Part shown: positions 1-8,192 of the stretch, in pieces
How the letters are laid out: each line of letters begins with the position of its first letter
Position numbering within the stretch: position 1 is the stretch's first letter
Source of the DNA: Candidatus Saccharimonadota bacterium
GTDB taxonomy: Bacteria; Patescibacteriota; Saccharimonadia; Saccharimonadales; JAICHO01
Reading direction: 5' to 3'
DNA length: 49,105 nucleotides
Assembly: GCA_025924835.1 (NCBI GenBank)
Contig: JAICHO010000003.1
Location: 1-49,105 of the forward strand
Made by a program: the position numbers and the translations under genes
The notes under the pieces: generated by a model
What the model saw: only the letters and a program-made list of their open reading frames with translations
What the model was told of the DNA's origin: nothing
Database searches by the model: none

Positions 1-512
1 ACATACAGGCGTTTAAAAATAGCATAACTTATGGCACTGACGATGTAGGTCCCTAACACCGCGCCCAGCGCTACCGGCTCCAGCGCGTTCCGAGCCGACT
101 GGCCCGTAGCCACGATGACGCAATAAAAAGTAAACAGAAAATCAAAGCCTACCACCGGATACAATCCGAATATACCGCTAAAGGCTACCTGGACACCCCA
201 GCCAATAAGCATCCATGAATGCAACTGCCCGGAATTTTGGACTAAACCGATGGTGCCCAAGGCCAGGATCATGGAACTGAGCGACCCGGCGACCCATATG
301 TTGGTTTGCGCTTGGCGTTTGAAGAAGGCTACCCCGTAAATTACTTGCGCTACCCCAATGATCCCTATCAGTTGTATGAATCCAAAACGGTCGTGCAAAA
401 ATGCCAAGCCGGGTATAGCCCACGCCGCCACTGTTAACAGAATTAAAATCCCTCCCAGGACGGTGGCTACCCGGTTGTACCAAATATAAAAACGGTCTTT
501 TACTAATTGCAT
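1..512 (-). CDS. HdeD/DUF308-like multi-pass membrane protein, C-terminus beyond the window edge
   Basis: Absent from the ORF track because it runs off the edge. A reverse-strand ATG at 512..510 opens a frame that stays open to nt 1 (MQLVKDRFYIWYNRVATVLGGILILLTVAAWAIPGLAFLHDRFGFIQLIGIIGVAQVIYGVAFFKRQ...). It has repeated Gly-rich hydrophobic helices as in DUF308 proteins. The listed ORF 178..483 is an out-of-frame shadow. Confidence 0.55.
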   Translation of the reverse strand, partial: MQLVKDRFYIWYNRVATVLGGILILLTVAAWAIPGLAFLHDRFGFIQLIGIIGVAQVIYGVAFFKRQAQTNIWVAGSLSSMILALGTIGLVQNSGQLHSWMLIGWGVQVAFSGIFGLYPVVGFDFLFTFYCVIVATGQSARNALEPVALGAVLGTYIVSAISYAIFKRLY

Positions 513-670
513 GTCATTTTTTGATAAGGCGCTTGTGCTTAGCAACAGTATACAGGCTGGTTACGGCCATTACGAGAAGATATGTGGTGTATGCGCTTTG
601 GTGAAAAAGTGTTCACTGTTTTTTGCAACCCCCTAAATCAGACTAGGGATAGTAATGATAAGGAGACAAG

Positions 671-1402
671 ATGAGCAAACAACCATTTAGGGATTACGAT
701 TCACCAAATAGGCCGCAGTTTGGCGGGGAGCACTATATAGTACCGCCAACCCGTGACCCGATTGAGTGGCTCCGGCGTACTGATAGGCCACGCGGCGTGT
801 TGCGATTTGAATTTCAACAGCGCGGGTTGATGATTGGTGCGGCCGTGTTGCGAGCTGTGCGTGAGCCAGAAGATATTGCCTTTGTGCGACCAATACTGGC
901 AGCTAGCCTGCAACAAGCCGGCAATTACACCAGCAATATGGGTAGGATTGACGTACAGCGCAGCCGTTGGAAATTGCCGGATCTCACGGAGGCCAGCCCA
1001 CTTGCCGGCTTGCCTCTTGAATCGATGCTGCAAGAAACTGCTGACCAGCTTGACGAAGCAGCCTTGGCTTCTAGCGGGCTGATATATGATATTGCCCGAC
1101 ATGGTACGCACATTAAGCGGACCGGTCTGCAGCTGGGCGGACGGATTGGCCATGCCTCACTGACGCTGGCCAGTGCGCATTTAGCCAGAATTGCCCCACA
1201 CCTGAGCGATTTTGACATACAATGGCAGGCACGCTTAGAAGGCCTCAAGACGGCCGAACAAGTAGGTGGCCTGGCTGAAACTATCGGTACTATACCTTCC
1301 ATCGCGCAACTGGCCGATCAGGACAGCCCGTTATCGGTTTACTGGCGCCGTGAAGCCCCAAATGGCGCCTATAATGCGCTGGAAATGGCTCTCGCAGTTT
1401 AA
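671..1402 (+). CDS. hypothetical protein (orphan, 243 aa)
   Basis: Long ORF with AAGGAG about 6 nt upstream of the ATG. No recognisable domain, signal peptide or TM segment. Confidence 0.6.
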   Translation: MSKQPFRDYDSPNRPQFGGEHYIVPPTRDPIEWLRRTDRPRGVLRFEFQQRGLMIGAAVLRAVREPEDIAFVRPILAASLQQAGNYTSNMGRIDVQRSRWKLPDLTEASPLAGLPLESMLQETADQLDEAALASSGLIYDIARHGTHIKRTGLQLGGRIGHASLTLASAHLARIAPHLSDFDIQWQARLEGLKTAEQVGGLAETIGTIPSIAQLADQDSPLSVYWRREAPNGAYNALEMALAV

Positions 1403-1426
1403 AACAATGTAAATTGAGCGGCTTGA

Positions 1427-2095
1427 TTACGCTTCAAGCCGCTTTTCTACAAAGAACGGCTTATTGGACAGGTATAGGCGGCTCAGAATCTGCATATTAG
1501 GTAGCATATCCTCGGCGCTAAAATCAGGTTTCCGGTACCAGTCATACTCTGCAAGCTCATCAGCGGGGCGCAGTTCGCCGCTAGCGTCGTCACACACAAG
1601 CAGTTCAAAGTGTGTAAAGCTTTCTAGCTCACCATGGTTAAATACTCTAAAAAATCCGCCACCCAGTTGGCGAAATGAGGCAACAAGACCAGTTTTTTGC
1701 TGGCAAATCTTATGAGCGGTTTCAGTAGTGGTTTCATTAGCATTAGGTATGGCGTGCATAAAACCTACCTTGCCCAGCAATGGATGCGTAGCCCGTTTAT
1801 ACAACAGCCAAGCGCCATCGTGTTTGCGTCTTACAGCCAAAAAAAGTACCGATTCGGCCTTGTCGGCCAGGGTAAATCGTGTATCGACTGCACGCAAGCC
1901 TACACGCCGCCCCTCCGGTGTCAGCTCGTAACTGCCATCTGTTTTTTTGCTTACATAACCACTACTAACAACCTTTTTAAGGTGATACGTAAATAATTTA
2001 TTTTCAATCAGGTCTGGCTTTAAATCGCTAAAACGCATACTGGGAGCAAAGGCCAGTTTGTATACGATATTGCGCTGTAAATGATGATCTAGCAT
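1427..2095 (-). CDS. winged-helix + degenerate Nudix-fold protein (putative ligand-sensing regulator)
   Basis: N-terminal wHTH (FTYHLKKVVSSGYVSKKTDGSYELTPEGRR). The Nudix-box position reads E-x7-KICQQKTGL instead of E-x7-REUxEExGU. Clear paralog of 41698..42405. Start moved to ATG 2095 because the track start (GTG 2116) overlaps tRNA-Glu. Confidence 0.6.
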   Translation of the reverse strand: MLDHHLQRNIVYKLAFAPSMRFSDLKPDLIENKLFTYHLKKVVSSGYVSKKTDGSYELTPEGRRVGLRAVDTRFTLADKAESVLFLAVRRKHDGAWLLYKRATHPLLGKVGFMHAIPNANETTTETAHKICQQKTGLVASFRQLGGGFFRVFNHGELESFTHFELLVCDDASGELRPADELAEYDWYRKPDFSAEDMLPNMQILSRLYLSNKPFFVEKRLEA

Positions 2096-2104
2096 AAGTG
2101 ATAC

Positions 2105-2179
2105 TGGTGACCTCACCGGGAATCGAACCCGGATTGCCAGGATGAGAACCTGGTGTCCTAACCGTTAGACGATGAGGCC
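2105..2179 (-). tRNA. tRNA-Glu: tRNA-Glu (anticodon CUC), CCA encoded
   Basis: Reverse complement GGCCTCATCGTCTAACGGTTAGGACACCAGGTTCTCATCCTGGCAATCCGGGTTCGATTCCCGGTGAGGTCACCA. It has a 7-bp acceptor stem, a CCAGG/CCTGG anticodon stem with loop TTCTCAT, and a GGTTCGATTCC T-arm. Confidence 0.9.
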
Positions 2180-2262
2180 GGAAGCTTTTCAAAGCCGCCG
2201 AATTGTAACATAACAGAGATAAAATGGCTAGATAGCGGTCATCTATTGGCCAGTTACGAAAG

Positions 2263-3042
2263 CTACAGCCCCAGGTCTTGTAATAGTGTTGATATAAGGT
2301 TGCCTCGGGCAGGAGGAGCAAAGTCGTGATTGGCACCAGGAATGGTTTTGCTTTTTATTCCTTCAGGCGTTTCTTGTTCACCAAGAATACTGTCTGCACC
2401 AGCAAAATATATTGTGGCGAATGATTCGTCTGCCAGTCGTTGCAGCAAGGGGTTGACATTACCCAGCGCCCTAAAATCATCCCAGAATTCTTTTGGTACC
2501 AATATCCTAGAACCGTCTGAGCGTATTAGGATAGATTCGCCTTGCAGGTCGAGCCTGGAGCCGCGTTTTGTCCACCCTGAGGTCGCGATAAAGTTTTCGT
2601 ACGCATTGCCCAAAGGCGGAGCCAGTAGAACCGCATCATTAGGTTGGTGGGCTAACGCGACTACAAGTGAACCCTGGGAATGCCCTATCTGCACTGATCG
2701 CTCAACATCAAGCTCATGGCGAGAAAAATCCATAACAGTCTTGAGGCGTTCGGCCTGCTGCGAAAGCGGTACGGCTCGTGTTAATCCCGGCTCTACATTA
2801 GAAAAATCGCCACAAATTGTAGTTGCCTTGTCACTAACCGCAGCCGTTAAATCTGTAAATAAACCACGGGAGTCGCGCTGAACGCCAAAGCCATGAACCA
2901 ATATCAAGGCAGCGGTTGCAAAAGGGGCTGGTGATATCGCAATGTCAAACACATCACCTTCGCGCGTATGCAAAGTATGGATTAATTCACCGCTACCGCC
3001 GCCTAAGCTGCTCATTAATCCAATTATAAAATAATTACGCAT
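2263..3042 (-). CDS. alpha/beta-fold hydrolase
   Basis: GHSQG nucleophile elbow (IGHSQGSLV), an upstream HGFG oxyanion-type motif, and C-terminal GAD and GANHDF as acid/His candidates. Confidence 0.7.
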   Translation of the reverse strand: MRNYFIIGLMSSLGGGSGELIHTLHTREGDVFDIAISPAPFATAALILVHGFGVQRDSRGLFTDLTAAVSDKATTICGDFSNVEPGLTRAVPLSQQAERLKTVMDFSRHELDVERSVQIGHSQGSLVVALAHQPNDAVLLAPPLGNAYENFIATSGWTKRGSRLDLQGESILIRSDGSRILVPKEFWDDFRALGNVNPLLQRLADESFATIYFAGADSILGEQETPEGIKSKTIPGANHDFAPPARGNLISTLLQDLGL

Positions 3043-3125
3043 AAAAACAAAGTCTATCTGTTGGTAATATAATCATTACCCCGACAGATTATTTTCTACA
3101 GCAAAGGAGGGGGTGGTAGAAATAG

Positions 3126-3153
3126 TTGAAAATTGTAAAAAACAGTTTATAAT
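3126..3153 (+). promoter_or_regulatory. sigma70-like promoter TTGAAA-16-TATAAT
   Basis: TTGAAA at 3126..3131 and TATAAT at 3148..3153. The -10 box abuts the track ATG (3154), so the second ATG (3166) is the likelier start. Confidence 0.5.
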
Positions 3154-3165
3154 ATGAGCCGGATT

Positions 3166-4266
3166 ATGAGCGAGACATTATTACCTGTGAAGGTTTATGA
3201 AGCTACAGGTGTATCCGATGAAGTTGCTCTTTGGCTAGAAGTCGAAGCTTTGGCAACTGTTACACAGCAGCTTGCTACGGAGCGTGAGCTTGCCGATCAA
3301 GTGCATCGTGCCCGAAGCGTGGCAATACACACAAGCGCCGCTATGAGGCTTGTATATGAAGTTGACGAACCGGAAACACGCCTGCAAAAACCTAAAACAG
3401 CTATGGATGACTTGCTATCGTCGGCCTTTTTTAGAACTGTAAGCAGTCTAGGTTTACCTCCGGGTTTTGCAACTGCCATTAACCGCGACTTGCGGGTAAG
3501 CGTGCATCCTGATGTGGGAGGTGACATAGAGATTGCCACGCAAGTTGCTAAGAACCTTGAGGAAGCAAGGGCTGACCCAGCATTTTCTATAGCAACGGCC
3601 CTTCTTGCGGCCAGAACTGAGCGCAAGACAAACGCCCAGTCACTTAGAGACGAACGGTATAAGCTGGCTGTAGCCAGGGGCGGACTGAGCCCGATATTTG
3701 GATCAGTCGAAGAAGCCAAGGCTCATGCAGACAAAGAAGTCGAGGGCGCCGAATGGCGCGTACGAGCCACTGCTGCCTTTATGACTTTTGATCTTTTAAT
3801 CGGCAGCCCTGAAACCTGGCAATCATTTTTACAAGGTATCGTTCGCGCTGAAAAGTGGACCTTAATTACAATAGTGAACCGTGTTCAGCCAGAAATATTA
3901 GCATTGCGGGAGCGCATTGCTAAGGGCGACCCAATTAAGGCTGAAGATCTAGATGCCACGGCTGTAGACAGTGTCTTGGAACGCATTTGGTCAACAATAA
4001 ATAAAAAAGACCCTCTGTATCAATATCAGCCACCTTACCAAAACTGGCTAGAAGTACTGCTCCCGGCGATGCGGTTACTTGACCCGGGTCAAAAGCCTGG
4101 CGAAAAATATACAAATTTTCGGCCGCCCATACAAATACAGCGCGCACCTCAAGAGTATCCAAATTATGGCGATTCAAAATATAATACCCAAGAAAGCCCA
4201 TACAGCAGCAACAACAAACTCATACGTCAGGAATATTATAATAAGCACACAAATAACAAATACTAA
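3166..4266 (+). CDS. hypothetical protein with Q/N/Y/P-rich C-terminal tail
   Basis: ORF-track frame 3154..4266, with the start shifted to ATG 3166 because of promoter geometry. No recognisable domain. The last ~85 aa are low complexity (YQYQPPYQNW...NYGDSKYNTQESPYSSNNK...YYNKHTNNKY). Confidence 0.6.
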   Translation: MSETLLPVKVYEATGVSDEVALWLEVEALATVTQQLATERELADQVHRARSVAIHTSAAMRLVYEVDEPETRLQKPKTAMDDLLSSAFFRTVSSLGLPPGFATAINRDLRVSVHPDVGGDIEIATQVAKNLEEARADPAFSIATALLAARTERKTNAQSLRDERYKLAVARGGLSPIFGSVEEAKAHADKEVEGAEWRVRATAAFMTFDLLIGSPETWQSFLQGIVRAEKWTLITIVNRVQPEILALRERIAKGDPIKAEDLDATAVDSVLERIWSTINKKDPLYQYQPPYQNWLEVLLPAMRLLDPGQKPGEKYTNFRPPIQIQRAPQEYPNYGDSKYNTQESPYSSNNKLIRQEYYNKHTNNKY

Positions 4267-4298
4267 GGCGTCTCAAGCCTAATGCTAAAAGTCTTAGA

Positions 4299-4736
4299 TT
4301 AAACTAGCTGGGGTGCAGCTACGTCTTGGCTAAAAATATTATCAGGAAGGCGGTGAATATGCGCGGAGGGTTGACCTTTGGGCCTGAGGGCAAAATCCGT
4401 TAGTGCGAATTGCAGCTGACATTCTGACTCAGGAGCTATTTGTTCGCCTCCGGTTACTTCATAAGCCGCAGATACACCCGCAGCAATTACACCGGCTAGC
4501 ATCCAGGCTCGTAACTCGTCGCCTGGTCCGCGGTCGCGCTTTGAGCGGCCCTGTACTAATTGCATTAGTGCTCTGCCAACATTCGCGGCACCAGCTTCGC
4601 CTTCTACTAAAGGTACTTCTACGCGCCGCTGAACCTGAAATAATGATTGTGAAAGAAAATAAGAACTTCGTTCTGCTTCGTTTCTTGGCTGGTGTGCCAT
4701 TTCTACTGCATCACTGAATAGCGTACGCATATGCAA
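4299..4736 (-). CDS. hypothetical protein (145 aa)
   Basis: ORF only, divergent from 4837..7221. No recognisable motif. Confidence 0.45.
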   Translation of the reverse strand: MHMRTLFSDAVEMAHQPRNEAERSSYFLSQSLFQVQRRVEVPLVEGEAGAANVGRALMQLVQGRSKRDRGPGDELRAWMLAGVIAAGVSAAYEVTGGEQIAPESECQLQFALTDFALRPKGQPSAHIHRLPDNIFSQDVAAPQLV

Positions 4737-4800
4737 TTTATATCATTTAATGTGAGATTTCGAAATACTAATATTGTCGAGAGCATATTATTCTGAGTCA

Positions 4801-4828
4801 TTGTAAAATAACAGTAAAATTGTATAAT
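4801..4828 (+). promoter_or_regulatory. sigma70-like promoter TTGTAA-16-TATAAT
   Basis: TTGTAA at 4801..4806 and TATAAT at 4823..4828. The ATG at 4837 lies 8 nt after the -10 with no Shine-Dalgarno. Confidence 0.5.
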
Positions 4829-4836
4829 AGTAGCCT

Positions 4837-7221
4837 ATGAGCATGTCCGTGACACCAAGCGCCGAAAGGTTTGCGTCAAATTTGCCTATTCCAGACGCTG
4901 AAATTGACGATCTAACGGAATCATGCGAAGAATATTCAGCACAAGAACTAAAGGCTCAAATGTATGGAGTTATGGCTGAGCATCCTGAATCAGCTGACTT
5001 GCTGAGCGCATTAATGCGCTGCCTAGGTGATATTCCTGAAGCTGATGGAGTAGACACGGCCTTCCCTAATACCGATGATCCTGTACTTGAGTTGTTGTTT
5101 TGTGAGGGTTCATTAGGCACCGATGCGGAATCTATAAATATTATTCTGGAATACATGTATACCAGAAGAAGACAGCAGCTGGAGGATGCCTACAATACGA
5201 TCACACAACACCGGCCACTTCCTGATTTGTTCAAGGTTCTAGCAATTCTGGACTCTCCCGTTAATCCCAGCCCACGACTACAAACTGACCGTTTTGCACT
5301 ACTCGGTCTTCAGGCAAGTATATTGCAACGTACATTAACTAGATATGGATTGGTCACGGCATCGCAAGTACATCCGGCTCTAAATAATGACGCGTGGCGG
5401 GAATATACTATGGCCGCCAGGGCGCTTGAAGAGGATCCACCGGTTGCATTAGTGCAGGAGCTAGAACAACCTAATGACGAAGATTTTTTTATTAAAAAAC
5501 TAAGTGCTATTTATGAAATACGCGAAGAAATTGCAGAGTTATTGGGCTTAGCTAAGACGTTATCCGGGATAGACAACGACACTGGCCAGCCTCATGAAAT
5601 GGGTAGCCCCTTCACCGTTACCTCAACGGCCGTAATAAGCACTAAAGAAATAAACCCAGATCAAGGGTATGATCCAGATGACGTGGACCTGGAGCCCGCG
5701 GTTATTATAGAATCCATAGACGGCACAACCGGTATCATGCAGTTGGGTGATATTGCTAAATCATTTGCACGCGATAGGCTGTTTTTGAGTGACGAAATGT
5801 TATTTAGGATCGCGTTACTTGCAGCTCTAGCAGAAGGCGAAGATGTTGATGGCGTTAAACTTGGGTTTGCGGCAGCCTGTATAAGTTTGGCTAGTAATCG
5901 CACGATAGAGTTGTATGGGGCTCCTGGGGACACAAGCCTTGACAGCTTATTTAAGGACACTTTGGCTTTATCAAGCGTCGGCAATGCGATTGAAGAACGG
6001 GCTGCATCCGAGACTTGGCCAATCCGAGGCTCGCAGGAAGATTTGTCTGGCTCGCTGGGCGCATCAAATGTAGATGATCGTACCTTTAAGTATAGAGGGA
6101 CGGTAGAGCAAATTACAGATACATCAATCTATAATAGAATGCTTGTGTTTGATCCTGCAAACAATATAGCTGAGGGGACGGAATTACGCGGTGATAATTA
6201 TGATTTGGAAATCCGAACCGAGCTGCCGTTAGTCGATCATGGTGGATCTCGCCATTATATATTGCCGTATTTGGGAGGATTCGATGTAGTTGGGTATCAC
6301 CCCGTAGACGCTAGCTCTAACGAGCACATCGTAAGATATGTAGTCGCTCAGGAGGATCCATATTCTTTAGATAAGATTGAGGTAGATAGAATGCGGCTAT
6401 TCCAGCTGGCTGATAGGCTAGATGCAATAGGTCTAAGCGATGCGGCTGACAGTATTAGGCAACCGGAATGTCAAGTCCTGGCCGACGTATTTCGCAACTT
6501 GGAAAATAGTTTAGTCTACGGTAATGGCAGACGGCGGATAACCATTAAGGCAACAGAGCTTGAAGATTTGCGATATTTTGTTGAAGATGGGCAAATGATT
6601 GGCGTATGTAGCTTATTCGCGGCAATCGCTGCATTTAGCTTAGAGAAACTGGTGCCGGAGTCTAATCCTCGCATTATTGGTGGCCACAGAATTAACCCTT
6701 GGGGTATTAGCGAGGATGGTCACGCACAGGTAACGTATGGTTTACCTGGCCAGCGGGCCCAGATCATGGATCTCAACGCCCGAGGTGTTCGTACAAAGCG
6801 CCGAGTCACTGAAGCAGATACAAAAGATAATTCTTTGGAGTGGGCTGTTACCCGCGAAGAAGTTATTTCCACTACCGCCGGCAATATGCTAATTCACCTA
6901 AGTGGTGCGCTAGAAGCGAAGTATCGCGTACGAGGGACTCCAAGTCTAGCAAGGTATCTCGCAAATCTGCCTTTGGGTAACTTTGGGCGCCAGCTTTATA
7001 GTCTGCTGCTAAAAACAAGGAGTTTGCAGCCATCTGATACAAAAACTGGTATAGCAGAAGTTAAGATGGGCACCACACAACTACGCGAACAGCTTTCTGC
7101 GTGGCGATCTAATCATGATGAGACGAGAAATAATCTTACGCGTCATTTTGGTGATTGGAATCCGGAAGAAACTGACTTCTTGCTAGGTATTATTAGTAAT
7201 TTAGAAAAAGCTTTACTGTAG
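4837..7221 (+). CDS. large orphan protein (794 aa) with C-terminal transglutaminase-like Cys-His-Asp core
   Basis: Uninterrupted 2.4-kb ORF. Near the C-terminus it reads LVYGNG...GQMIGVCSLFAAIAAFSL...RIIGGH...EDGHAQVTYG...AQIMDLN. That matches the G-x-C-x2-FA ... H-A-x-V ... D layout of transglutaminase-like cysteine peptidases. Confidence 0.55.
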   Translation: MSMSVTPSAERFASNLPIPDAEIDDLTESCEEYSAQELKAQMYGVMAEHPESADLLSALMRCLGDIPEADGVDTAFPNTDDPVLELLFCEGSLGTDAESINIILEYMYTRRRQQLEDAYNTITQHRPLPDLFKVLAILDSPVNPSPRLQTDRFALLGLQASILQRTLTRYGLVTASQVHPALNNDAWREYTMAARALEEDPPVALVQELEQPNDEDFFIKKLSAIYEIREEIAELLGLAKTLSGIDNDTGQPHEMGSPFTVTSTAVISTKEINPDQGYDPDDVDLEPAVIIESIDGTTGIMQLGDIAKSFARDRLFLSDEMLFRIALLAALAEGEDVDGVKLGFAAACISLASNRTIELYGAPGDTSLDSLFKDTLALSSVGNAIEERAASETWPIRGSQEDLSGSLGASNVDDRTFKYRGTVEQITDTSIYNRMLVFDPANNIAEGTELRGDNYDLEIRTELPLVDHGGSRHYILPYLGGFDVVGYHPVDASSNEHIVRYVVAQEDPYSLDKIEVDRMRLFQLADRLDAIGLSDAADSIRQPECQVLADVFRNLENSLVYGNGRRRITIKATELEDLRYFVEDGQMIGVCSLFAAIAAFSLEKLVPESNPRIIGGHRINPWGISEDGHAQVTYGLPGQRAQIMDLNARGVRTKRRVTEADTKDNSLEWAVTREEVISTTAGNMLIHLSGALEAKYRVRGTPSLARYLANLPLGNFGRQLYSLLLKTRSLQPSDTKTGIAEVKMGTTQLREQLSAWRSNHDETRNNLTRHFGDWNPEETDFLLGIISNLEKALL

Positions 7222-7284
7222 TAAACAGAGATATATAACGCGCTTCCTTGCTGCTAAGGGATGGTCACAGTGCAGAGAGTCCAT

Positions 7285-7313
7285 TTGACCTAATAGACCG
7301 ATTATATGATAAT
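7285..7313 (+). promoter_or_regulatory. sigma70-like promoter TTGACC-17-GATAAT
   Basis: TTGACC at 7285..7290, a 17-nt spacer, then GATAAT at 7308..7313. The ATG at 7323 is 9 nt downstream with no Shine-Dalgarno. Confidence 0.55.
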
Positions 7314-7322
7314 AATTATTAA

Positions 7323-8186
7323 ATGATTTATAGCTATTTTTCGCCAGACTTATTCCCGGGGACATATCAAGCAATAACTACGCGTTTTGATACTGTTAAG
7401 GCGTTAAATGATAGTATTGCTGTTTATGGGGGTGGTGCTAGAAGTGGCCTTCTAGAGGTTACCTTAGGTGTTCGTAGACCAATTCGGGATGTAGATCTTG
7501 TAGCTATAGGTGATGCAGTCACCGATGAGCAATATACACAGATGCACAAACTACTGAATCCGAGTGACTATACCGAACCACATGTTGAGCGCCACCCAGA
7601 CTTAGAAACACTCTTCAAAGACCGACTAGACTTTACAATGAATCAAGTAGCTATACTTTTGGGAGCTAGAAGAGTTCTTGTAGCATCAACACTGGCAGTT
7701 GAAGCCTGTAGGGACCGCCTAATTGTGCCTACTGAGGGTCGTATTAGGGAGACAAAAAAATTTGAAGCTGGCGGAGACGAAACAGCAAAACAATATTTGC
7801 GTAACCGCACTAATGTGCCGGCCCGGGCTGCGTACTTCGCGGCCGTTTTTAGGGCGGCAGGGCTAGACTTTGATATTGATTTGCTGGACCATCCTCGCCC
7901 TACTAATCCAGAAGAATCTCATTCTTTTTTCTTGGGGCTCATGGTCCGTAAATCATTAATGGTTGATGAAGCTGAGCGTGGACCTGGTGATATAACGGCG
8001 ACTAATATATTAATCGAGCTTTATCGCGAGTTGCATATGACCGCTTCGCCTAAGACTCAAACTTTAGAGGATGTTGTAAAGTTTTGTCAGGATATACATG
8101 AGCAACATCCACATCTCAAGTTTTATGGCAGTGTCGTTGCGGCCCTAATACAGCATATTGAAGCCGATACTCAAACCAGCCGATAA
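7323..8186 (+). CDS. class II nucleotidyltransferase (CCA-adding / poly(A) polymerase head domain)-like protein, short form
   Basis: VYGGGARSGLL-x12-RDVDLVAIGD resembles GGxVRDxLLG...DxD, and RLDFTMNQVA resembles the R-DFTxNA motif of the PolyA_pol head domain. At 287 aa it is much shorter than canonical CCA enzymes. Confidence 0.5.
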   Translation: MIYSYFSPDLFPGTYQAITTRFDTVKALNDSIAVYGGGARSGLLEVTLGVRRPIRDVDLVAIGDAVTDEQYTQMHKLLNPSDYTEPHVERHPDLETLFKDRLDFTMNQVAILLGARRVLVASTLAVEACRDRLIVPTEGRIRETKKFEAGGDETAKQYLRNRTNVPARAAYFAAVFRAAGLDFDIDLLDHPRPTNPEESHSFFLGLMVRKSLMVDEAERGPGDITATNILIELYRELHMTASPKTQTLEDVVKFCQDIHEQHPHLKFYGSVVAALIQHIEADTQTSR

Positions 8187-8192
8187 CCGACC

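Noticed and set aside
178-483. 101-aa reverse-strand ORF listed in the track at the left edge
   Set aside because: A different reverse frame, from ATG 512 to the window edge, gives a coherent DUF308-like membrane protein across the whole region. The listed ORF is out of frame with it and rich in Gly, Arg and His.
2105-2179. tRNA-linked genomic island or integrative element at tRNA-Glu, and likewise at tRNA-Leu and tRNA-Ser
   Set aside because: No integrase or recombinase gene is present in the window. I found no second copy of any tRNA 3' end that could act as an attachment-site direct repeat.
2028-2336. 102-aa reverse-strand ORF spanning the tRNA-Glu gene
   Set aside because: It reads straight through a canonical tRNA cloverleaf. 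No RBS, and an implausible composition.
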